Positions 40,232-49,791 of a DNA stretch of 64,000 bases are shown here, piece by piece. Position 1 is the stretch's first letter. Each line of letters begins with the position of its first letter. The notes below the pieces were generated by a model. The model saw only the letters and a list, made by a program, of their open reading frames with translations. It was not told where the DNA came from and made no database searches. The position numbers and the translations under genes were made by a program. The stretch comes from Marsupella aquatica. Taxonomy: Eukaryota > Plantae > Marchantiophyta. The stretch lies in contig OZ316897.1 in NCBI GenBank assembly GCA_973895155.1, positions 7,926,470 through 7,990,469 on the forward strand, given 5' to 3'.

Positions 40232-43200
40232 TTCGGCACGACGCGACCATGCGCGTGTTAGTATTTTATAATAAACGTTTAACTTTCAATATTTGTCTGT
40301 TTCAGAATGGATCCTACCGGAACCTCAAAGCGGAAAAGAGACTCGTCTAAAGCTGCTTCTTGAAAGAAAGCCAAGAAAAAAATGACTCCCGCGGAGACAT
40401 CCATACTTGCATATCGAGGAAAGTCAATCAGAGAGAGAACAACGGAGACAAAGAGTATCCATCTCTTTGAATCGACTGAGATATCCGATTTTGGAATAGT
40501 CATTCGCAATGGGGCTGTCCGTCTTGTGGTGGCAAGAAATGATAAAGCTACAGTTTTGGAGAGATCAAAAATTCTTGGGTGTTTCTTTGAGAAGAACATG
40601 AAAGTTAAAGAGTGTACAGAGGGATTGGTTCTGCTAGTCAACGACGACTAGCAAGAAGACAAAATAAGCATTTGTTTGGATTGAACGCAATATGTAACCT
40701 TCAATCAGCCCAGAATCGATGATCTTCTAGGTGCAAGGCACGCCTTGGAAAAGGTTACTAGTGTGGGATATCCTTCCGATCCAGAGGCATCAACGGGAGA
40801 TTTGATTTGTCAATACATTATTGACGTACTTGAGTTCCAGAGAGTTCCTTTCAACCAGGGATTTCGCTTGGGAAAGGCCCCGCCAGTGAGCAAGGTTGAA
40901 GTATACTCGGCGGAGAATCTTCCGAAAGTAATTACCTCAGTGTATGTTGTGGCTCTGTTCGATTCTTTCCTCAAAGAATATAGTGCTGTGAATATATTTA
41001 ACAGCAAGTCATTTTTTGTTGAGACATCACATTGTCATCTTGCACCAGACCACATCAAGTACCGAGAGTGGAATCAGGATTACACAAATAGGCTAAAGAA
41101 TTCACTCCTCTCTCATTCGGCTATAAAGTTCGAGAAGCGGTGCTGCTTTTTAGTCCCTGTGAAGTGGGTTCAGTCGGAGGCCGATAGAGATCCCGACTAC
41201 AATGGGACGCCCTACGATTCATCGCCAAAGGAGGAGAACATTATGACTAGTCATTTCTGGATACTCAGAGGCCAGCACACAATAATGGCGTACAAATTGC
41301 TGAGAGAGGACGACAAAGTCAGCCAAGTTGTACGAGACGCTTGCGGTACTGTAGAAGCTGTAATGTTTTGGGCAACGCTCATAAATGACAATAATGTTCA
41401 TTTGATGGGATTATCGAAAGCTCTGAACCACTGTCATCAAACATCAATCGAAGAAGGACAGTTTCTCACCATTGTACGATAGTGTCGTAATATCTGGAAC
41501 TCATTTGGGCGGCCTGGATTACATTATCGTCATCCAAATTGGAAGGTATATAAATAACCCTCTTCGATCACATTATCGTATAAACTTTTGTCACGCGAAC
41601 GGTCGCGTCAAGCTTAGAATTGTCATGTTTCCATTGTTTTTCAGGTATTTATGAGAGCTACGAGTTTTGTCTGCCCATGGGCTCAAATGGGGAAGAACGA
41701 AATGATGAAATTTGGAGAATTGGCTCCGTTTCTCTTTACAATGGAGGACGAAACATTCAAGAAGTGGATGGAGGTCTACGAACGATCAAGGACAGGAGAG
41801 CTTGTAATTTACAACGGAATTTTATAGAGGGACGCCATCAAAATTGCGGATAATCCGTGTGCTTATCATCTTCTGAAGAAGACGTTCCGTTCTTGTCAAG
41901 GGTGCTCAGACTCGGTTCTTCGAAAGGCAGCGGAATATATGTTGAGCGGAAGACTATCTATACTCAAAAACCAAAGCATCAAAGTGAAATCTGGGAAGGC
42001 GAGGAAGTCCTCTGAGGCTCCAGTGTTGTCAACGACCAGCATGAGTTTGGAGCAATTCTGTATAAAGAAGAAGATGAAAGTTGAGTTTGAGATTTTATTA
42101 TTGAGTAAACTCAACGGGGAAACATCCACCCGGACGGAGCTGAAAAGTCTGACAGATTCAGCGCGGAAATTGCGGGTCAAAGGAATGATTGATCGCTTTA
42201 AGCTCGACAAGATGGTGCTGAAGCAGTTGAGAGATGCGTTGAGTGGTTATCTGAAGAAGTGCTTAAATGTAAATATTAGTAATGATAATTTGTTGAAGAA
42301 GATCGACCCTATATTCTACAGGTTGGTGGAAGAAATACAGAAATCAGTTGATAGTCAAGGAAACCAACTAGTGCGGCCGGTCGGTGAAAGGCTGAAATTG
42401 CGATCCCTGCAGGATATACAAAATGCTGGGTTTGCAGACTGTATCATACGTGAAGACAAGAACCTTGCGGGCTTGATTTATTTTGATCCCTCATCAATGG
42501 GAGATTTGCGTCCGCCAAATTGCTCATTCTATGAGGGGTTATTTCGTGCTACTAGCGAGATAGGGGAAAAACCACACCATGTGGTTATTATTGTAGCCTC
42601 TCCCGTTGAGTCTTACTTAATCAAACGGGAATTAGGGAAGTACACACACTACGTTGCTGTCGATAGCCATTATATTCAGAAGAGGCCGAAGGAGAAGAAG
42701 CTTATTGTAACCTACGCTTTTCACAGCTTGGCCTTCAGCACAATGGGCGATCCACAAGCCCTTCCAATTGGTCTCCAAATATCAGATTGAAAAAATATCC
42801 AATTTTTAAGAGAGCGACGAGTTCACGACACCTTCCCCAGAAAAGATACTTCCATTCTTTGAAAGTATTGTTAGTCAATTCGTCCAATGTGGGGAATGGG
42901 CTATATGCTTCGGTGAGGGAACGAACTTGATCCAGTGCTTAATGGTAAGTTTTGAGATTTATATTTTGGGGTTTCGATTTTAAGATTATTTAGATTATTA
43001 TATTCTCAATTAATATTGTGAACTAATTTTCGGCTTTTTTTACAGGATGCTGGATCCAATGTAAAATATTACTGCCCTGTGGCAACGCATAGGGAGTTGT
43101 CTTGTTTCTTGCAACACACCACGGCGACAATTGATACAACGCTGTCATTGATTGACCCAGTACGGGCTAGTATAGAAAAATGTATAGATAAATTAATGAA

Positions 43201-43943
43201 GTACCGTCCATCCGTAACTGCTCTCAGGGCTGATGTTTTGGATGTCCTCCATGAACAACATATTCCTGATAATATTTGTAATCAATTATTGCAAGAGTAT
43301 GCACTCTCAGAAGATTCCGATCGATTGTACATTCGACCAACGGAGTACCCTAGTGGGCCAATCCAAGGTACGTGACTTTTGAAACCTCTTACTTTTTATT
43401 GCGTCACGCGAACATGCACGTGGACATTCATAACATTTCTTTTCACGCGTGAGTCATTCTTATCAAATGATCTGATTTTATTCAGATCAAGTCGACTGCG
43501 GCTTCAATGTTGAGGATGCAGGGAGCAATGGTGATGCGGATGGTGAGGGGGAAGGTAACGCGGAAGGTGACGTGAATGGGGATGTCAATGACCAAGATCC
43601 AGAGTGGATGACCAATATGCAGAACGACATCGGAGATTCCGACAATAGAGGAGATGAAGAGAGTGACGGAGAGGAGATGAAGGACGCTGAGGACGCTGAT
43701 GAAGAGGACGAGGAGATGGAGGGTTCCAAGGACGCTGAGGACTCTGATGAAGAGGCCACACAGGAGCCTCGACATGAGGTGGACCAAGAGGAGGCGGCCC
43801 GGAAGGAGGAGGCCAGAGAGGAGGCGGCCCGGCAGGAGGAGGCGGCCTGACAAGAGGCGGCCCGGCAAGAGCAGCTTCAAAAGAACGAGGTTAAGAAGAA
43901 AAAGGCAGCAGCTAGAAAAGCAATTGCCACGAAGAAGAAGGAG

Positions 43944-44255
43944 AAAGCCGAGGCTGAGAAAGCGGAGGCCGAGAAAGCCCAGGCGGAGAAAGCGGATGTC
44001 GAGAAAGCCCAGGCTGAGAAAGCGGAGGCTGAGAAAGCCCAGGCTGAGAAAGCGGAGCCCGAGAAAGCCCAGGCTGAGAAAGCGGAGGCTGAGAAAGCGG
44101 AGGCTGAGAAAGCCCAGGCCGAGAAAGCCCAGGCTGAGAAAGCCCATGCGGGGAAAGACCAGGCGGAGAAAGCGGAGGCCGAGAAAGCCCAGGCCGAGAA
44201 AGCCCAGGCTGAGAAAGCCCAGGCGGAGAAAGCCCAGGCTGAGAAAGCGGAGGCT
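43944..44255 (+). repeat. 15-bp coding tandem repeat (EKA[E/Q]A)n, coiled coil
   Basis: gagaaagc(g/c)(g/c)aggc(t/c/g) ~20 copies, in frame with ORFs 43572 and 44271. Confidence 0.92.
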
Positions 44256-45277
44256 GCGAGAGTCCTTTTAGTGACAGAGGAAAATAGGGCCAAGGCGGAG
44301 AGTGAGGCGACTGAGAGGCTTCTGGCCGAGAGGATGGCGGACGAGACCGCAAGACCGGAGAGGGTGGAGGCGGAGAAGTTGGAGGCGGAAAAGGTGGATT
44401 CCGCAAGACTGGAGAGAGAAGAAGCCGCAAGACTGGAGGCAACGAGGAAGGAGGCCGAGAGGGCCAAGGATCTTTTGCTTATTCCTAAGGCACAACGTCT
44501 ACCGAAAATAAGGCTGAATTTGAAGAAGCCTTCTTCACCCTCAGTTGCAGTTAAGAAGAAAACATTAGACTATTTTCTTCGCCCGGAGTTTGAATTTAAC
44601 GATCCACCCTTAAGTACGGTCTCGTTGGATGATTGGAATAAATATTCACCGGAGCAGCTCCGAGTCCAGGCAGTCCTTGCTTTGCAATATTGGAAGGGTC
44701 TTTTGATTACCGAGGAGAAGACTGCCACTACATCCAGAATGGAGACAATCATCAATAATGTGCGCTTTTTCGAGAATCGAGTGCAAAACCTGGGAACGTT
44801 TTTGGCACCAGACTCGGCTCAAGTCGTTAAGAGACTAACAGCTGACTTGACGCGACCGGGTTCGTGGTCTCGACCCAGATATATTGCAGAGGTGACTCGC
44901 GCAGAAATTGTGGCATCGGATATTTTGGAATCGGATTCCCAGATTGTGGAATATTTGAATCAAATGCCACAACCATTTGAAGGTCTTCCCGCCTCATCGC
45001 TCCAACCTTCGCAAACTGGTCCGGTGGAACGATCATTGCGGTCTCGAGGAGGGCTGAAGGATGTTGTTGCGACTGAGGCACCCAAGAGATCAGCTGCGAA
45101 AAGGCCGGATCCACCCAATCCAAAGGTCATTCGCAAGCTATAAGCTTAAAGTTTCTATTATAGACGTCATTATTTTATTATTGATCTATTATTGTTTCTG
45201 TTTTTTGAGGCTACAACCCTTAGGCTACAACCTCAGTACGTTATTTGAAGGCGTTCTGAAATCTCTGTTTTTTGCAG

Positions 45278-46066
45278 TTTTTTGAAAATTTGGCTAGTCG
45301 AATAGATCAATGCCTTGATCCTTCTAAGGATATGGAAGAGCTATTGACCAAGTTCTTACAACACTCGATCAAGAGGAAACATATGATGTGTCTGAGACCG
45401 CGCGAGTTGCTCACCGATGATATAATTAACGCTTATTTGAGTTTTCTCGAACTGATTCTCGATAGAGTTGGAAAGTCAGACCTTGTCAAATTCTTCCAAA
45501 CACACCATTTTGAGCTTCTCTCCATCGATCCTACCATTTTCGACGAGGAGAGAGCAGCTTGGACAAAGGAGTTTCCGCTAAAAATCAGTGAATACGAGAA
45601 ACTGGTCTTTCCAGTACACAATGCTGTGAAAGAACATTGGTCATTGGTAGTCTTGTATCCGAAGGAGAAACGGCTGGAGTACCTAGATTCTCTAGTTCAT
45701 AATCGACAAAATCCTGGGGTGCTAGATATTGTTGGGAAGTACTACACCGACGAAATTGGCTGGAGAACTGGTGTCAACTTGGATCTCTCAGGTTGGGAAC
45801 GGATATATCGGAATGATATTCCTCACCAGAGCGACGGCCACAGTTGTGGTGTGTTTATCTTGAGATACGCCAAGTGCTTGTGTCAAGGAAACGGAATTAA
45901 TTTTGCCGTGGATCAAATTGAGAAATTCCGTAGGGAGATAGTCTTGTCGTTATTTGACATGGACTTCCGCAAGCCGACGTCCGCAAGTAACCTAGTTACC
46001 GGGATCCGTGCTGCTATGATTGACATTTCTGGTGGAATTCCAGCACTGAACGACCGTCTTGTACAG
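45278..46066 (+). CDS. Ulp1/C48 SUMO-protease domain exon
   Basis: LRPRELLTDDIINAYL, LVFPVH...EHWSLVV, YLDSL, PHQSDGHSCGVFIL: intact His-Asp-Cys triad and oxyanion Gln. Confidence 0.92.
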
Positions 46067-46152
46067 GTAATACACTTCATTTCAGTGTCTCTCTTTGTAG
46101 TCACGTGACCGTTCGCGTTATAAACTTATTTTCATTTCTTAATGTTTTACAG

Positions 46153-47058
46153 AAGCCTATCCCGAAACCCCCTGATCGAGTATCGAAGGCACCAGTCCGG
46201 AAGTCCGGTGATCGTCCGGAGGCGGGAAACAAACAGACCGTTCTAGTACGTTCTCCAAACCCTACGGCACAAAAATCACAGGTACAGATGGCGCCTAATC
46301 CATCGGCAAAGAAGTCACTGGTTCAGAAGAGACTTGTAATTTTTGATCTGAATCGGGTACTTATCTGGTCAGAGAAGATCAGCCCTGGGATGCCCATTCG
46401 GTCAAGGGGTGTGAGACAGATGCACAAGGTTATCTATCCAAGGCCTGATTTAATGGAATTTCTTGAGAAGGTGGCAGATCTATACGACATTGCGATCTGG
46501 TCGTGCATGTTCAAACGGAATATTCTATCTTGTGTAAGGCTGATACTTCGACCCAAAGTTTTGAAACGTATTAAATTTATATGGGGACAAGAATCAACTC
46601 GACTTATTGGGAAGAATAATAATGACATCCCTTTATTTGTCAAATGTCTCTCGGACATTGCCGCCGATATTAAAGATTACAACATCGAGAATGTCATTCT
46701 TATCGATGACGCTGCATATAAGACAAGCCTTAATGACTTCTATTCATCGCTGTATCCCGATGCATATTCTGGGCTCGATGATGACCTATTTTTTAGAAAG
46801 AAACTATATCCATATCTATGCGACATGTCAATTGACAAGTTGACATTCCGCGAGCTCCTTAGTGGATATGGGATTCCAACGTTCTCTCAAGAAAATCTTG
46901 AGAAAGATTATATTGATAAGACGAATCTTTGGAGGAGAAACGTGATCATTCGTAATCAGGGGAATAAAGACCATTTAGAAAAGTTTGACGAATTTATGAA
47001 ATACTTATCTGCCGAAAAAGACCGTGCTATAGAAGCCCGGGATAAGTCCAATAAGTAA
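46153..47058 (+). CDS. FCP1/NIF-like HAD phosphatase domain exon A
   Basis: LVIFDLNRVL, RPDLMEFL, IAIWS, FIWGQE, K.L..I, NVILIDDAAYK. Confidence 0.85.
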   Translation, partial: KPIPKPPDRVSKAPVRKSGDRPEAGNKQTVLVRSPNPTAQKSQVQMAPNPSAKKSLVQKRLVIFDLNRVLIWSEKISPGMPIRSRGVRQMHKVIYPRPDLMEFLEKVADLYDIAIWSCMFKRNILSCVRLILRPKVLKRIKFIWGQESTRLIGKNNNDIPLFVKCLSDIAADIKDYNIENVILIDDAAYKTSLNDFYSSLYPDAYSGLDDDLFFRKKLYPYLCDMSIDKLTFRELLSGYGIPTFSQENLEKDYIDKTNLWRRNVIIRNQGNKDHLEKFDEFMKYLSAEKDRAIEARDKSNK

Positions 47059-47183
47059 ACGTTTATTGTTTATTATCAATTATTATTTATAAATTGATTG
47101 AAATTGAACTTTTGGGAGTGACGCGCCCGGTCGCGTGGTTGTTTGCAATTGCATAATATGAGAATCGAATTGTTCATATACAG

Positions 47184-47906
47184 GTGTCTAAGTGGATCAG
47201 GTCGCGTCAACTTCTAGTTTTAGGACTGGAAAACTTCCTGTGCTCTGTTTCAAAATATACTCCTCAGCTCAAGTCGGCACCTGGAATTTGTATCAGATCT
47301 CTATGTGTCGTTCCGAGGCTGCATCTTCATGATGTTATAAAATTCTGTTATGATCATTTTGATGTGATGGTCTGGTCTATTCTCGACGATAAACTGGTTT
47401 ATCAGATACTTTCAGAAGTGTTGTCGAGCACCGACCTATCGCAGCTGATATATGTGTTCACGCGGAATCATTGCTGGAATCTTGGTTATGTGAAGAAAAA
47501 TTATAAGACTGTTGTCTTCAAATCTATCGAGAGACTACGTGATATGTTTCAAGATTATCGACCAGAGAATATAATCCAGATTGATGCCTGTCCTTCCCAT
47601 ACATGCCAAACAGTTGTATGCGGATTATTGTTCGCTAAGTCGTTTCAAGGATCGTTGGATGATGTCTTTTTGAGGGATGACCTCATTCCATATTTACGAA
47701 AGCTATCAAATTCAGGGCTTTGTCTTGCGTTCGCTAACAAGTTCGATTATCCCATCTGGTCGATTAGAAATCTACATCGAGATTGGGATCTGAACGAGGA
47801 TATATGGGAGCATCTGTACGTGCAGAGACATGCGGATCAAGTTCTTATCAAGCACTTCAACAGACGTCACTTATCAATGGCCAGATGTTTTCTCTATAAT
47901 ATGTGA
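47184..47906 (+). CDS. FCP1/NIF-like domain exon B (catalytic Asp lost)
   Basis: Begins right after cag acceptor; LLVLGLENFL, RLHLHDVIKF, FDVMVWS, ENIIQIDA. Confidence 0.75.
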   Translation: MSKWIRSRQLLVLGLENFLCSVSKYTPQLKSAPGICIRSLCVVPRLHLHDVIKFCYDHFDVMVWSILDDKLVYQILSEVLSSTDLSQLIYVFTRNHCWNLGYVKKNYKTVVFKSIERLRDMFQDYRPENIIQIDACPSHTCQTVVCGLLFAKSFQGSLDDVFLRDDLIPYLRKLSNSGLCLAFANKFDYPIWSIRNLHRDWDLNEDIWEHLYVQRHADQVLIKHFNRRHLSMARCFLYNM

Positions 47907-47967
47907 CGCGACCATTCGCGTGACTACATCCATACGGGCTCATGCATCTTCTTGTGTTTCTCTACAG

Positions 47968-48696
47968 GAGATTCATTGCAGCAGAGAAAATGGGCTCATA
48001 GTTTTAGACGTGGAGCATCTACTCTGTTACACTGCACCGCATTCCCGACTGATGGCGGTCTCAACTGGAATTCGGATTGGGAATATATACATTTTTCCAA
48101 GGCCTCATCTTCATGAATTCTTGAGATTCTGTTTTGAGAATTTCGATGTAGGGATCTGGTCCTCTCTTGGGAAGAACCTTTTAGATCAGATTTTAGCATC
48201 TATTTTTACTGCGATGGAAATGGCCTCATTTAAGTATATTCGGGATCAGTCTCATTGTTACTTATGCGATGGGGTGACATCAAATAAGCGGATATTTTTG
48301 AAGTGTTTTGAGAAGGTTGGAATTTGTACGAAGGCGTATCTGTAGCAAAATATAATGCTTATCGAATTCGATGCATTTCATGCTTGTTTAGATCCTGTTG
48401 TTGGATCATTATTTCCGCCCAAATATTTTGGGTCGGTCGACGACAGTTTCCTGATTAACTTGCTGATTCCGTATCTTAGCAAGCTAGCAAACTCTTGTGA
48501 GCCGCTTGTCATTGCCAATGGAAGAGATTATCCAGATTGGTCAGTTAAATCTATTTTTAGAGATTATGATTATAATCATACTCTATGGGAAGACCCTGTG
48601 ATTCAGAGGCATTGAGATAGATATCTAGTAGAGCAATTTAACAGACGCCCAATTTTGGACGCTTCCAAAATAATAGTCGGCATGAGATCAGATTAA
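47968..48696 (+). pseudogene. FCP1/NIF-like domain exon C with two in-frame stops
   Basis: Begins after ctctacag; LIVLDVEHLL, RPHLHEFLRF, FDVGIWSS; stops at 48343 and 48613; tail QRH*DRYLVEQFNRR aligns with exon B QRHADQVLIKHFNRR. Confidence 0.78.
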
Positions 48697-48964
48697 TTTG
48701 TATTGTCGTTCTAGAAACCATTTGTAAACTCCTTATATACTGGCTATCATATATAAAGGATCTCAAAGATTTATTTCTCTATTATTATTATTCGCATGAG
48801 CATGTCTCTTGGTCCCGTCAAGTTGGATTGGTTAAAATGTGACGTTGCAGTCATTTTCAGGGTTTCACGCGTAGCCACGCGTCATGTCGCCCCCTTTTTA
48901 TTAAAATAATAATATTTAGTGATTTTCGGAATTTCCAAAGTTTGGTTTTCCTTAAATTGGGGTT

Positions 48965-49358
48965 TTAAGTCTGAGGAGTGTTCTTTTTGCATTGTAGCAT
49001 ATGCACAGCGGGATATGGCAACTGCCAACGCCAAACGGATGAAGATCTTGGAGGATCAAAGCCTACACAACGTTTAGCATGAGTTCTGCAGATGTGGATG
49101 ATGAATGCAGAGAATGTTTTTGAGCTTGCAAAGCCCAAGAGCTTACCAAATTTGCACAGAGAATTGAGCAGGATGAGGTTGAGGCTGCTAGAGCGTCTAG
49201 ACGTACAAGTACCACACCTCAGGTGCCAATTAGCAATCATTAACATTGAGCAGTCTATTTCAGAATCAGCCCGGACTCCAGAAGTCTCTAGCCCTCACCT
49301 CGGCCCTGACGAGAATGAGAATTATTTCATGGGCGATTTGGCAGGGGGTTGGGAATAG
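48965..49358 (+). pseudogene. Harbinger Myb/SANT-like ORF, 3' part
   Basis: Resumes in frame after the insertion (KSEE...DMATANAKRMKILEDQ), then frameshifts. Confidence 0.7.
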
Positions 49359-49791
49359 GAAGGAGCAGTTCGATTGAGTAGGGTGGTGGATGCTTGCGCA
49401 GTCCAATTGAGTAGTAGACCATGGACATTCTGTAGCCCACATTCCTGGTTTGTGTAGCTATGTCACTTCCATGGTCTTGCATTTGGCTGGAGACCCATGG
49501 CAGATTTTCTATTGTATGTACTTCTCGGGAATGTTAATTCTATTTGAGTAGAATTCCAGAATTCTCAATGTGCATGATAATTCTAATTGAGCAGATTCCA
49601 GAATTCTCAATGTGCATGCTAAGATGAGACAAAATTGGGACAAAATTGTGAAATTGTCAAGTTCTATCAATTACATTTCCAATTTGGAGGTACAATATAT
49701 CTCTTTTGCAACAGCTGCATGGGCGAATGTGTAATTATTCTAACAAACAAAATCGCTACACTTGACCAACATAATCAAATCTATGACCTTT

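Larger units (their letters stand above)
40307..47058 (+). pseudogene. Large multi-exon cargo gene (~2060 aa reconstructed): NLS, ParB-like, MTase-like, acidic/EKA coiled coil, Ulp1, FCP1-like
   Basis: In-phase GT-AG exons 40307-41545, 41645-42944, 43046-43367, 43486-45125, 45278-46066 and 46153-47058. In-frame stops at 40361, 40649, 40682, 41480, 41825 and 43848, plus a frameshift at ~42711-42809. The 45126 donor (GTCATT) is weak, so the Ulp1 part may be a separate transcript. Confidence 0.7.
27895..48964. mobile_element. Giant (~21.07 kb) TIR DNA transposon with Sola-like DDD transposase and multi-gene cargo
   Basis: Perfect 17-bp TIR AACCCCAATTTAAGGAA (27895-27911; reverse complement 48948-48964), imperfectly extending ~60 bp to ctaaatattatta. 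TTAA on both flanks (27891-94, 48965-68). Removing it restores the host frame AAG AAG CTT AAG TCT GAG GAG (KKLKSEE). Confidence 0.93.

Noticed and set aside
43482-44467. Long ORFs 43482-44147(-), 43699-44271(+), 43877-44467(-), 43912-44442(-)
   Set aside because: Alternative-frame shadows of the 15-bp EKA repeat; the true frame is continuous with ORFs 43572 and 44271.
44850-44865. Palindrome-like ACGCG-ACCGGG-TTCGT in coding sequence
   Set aside because: The right arm has two mismatches including a transversion and it lies in an exon; not counted as a motif copy.
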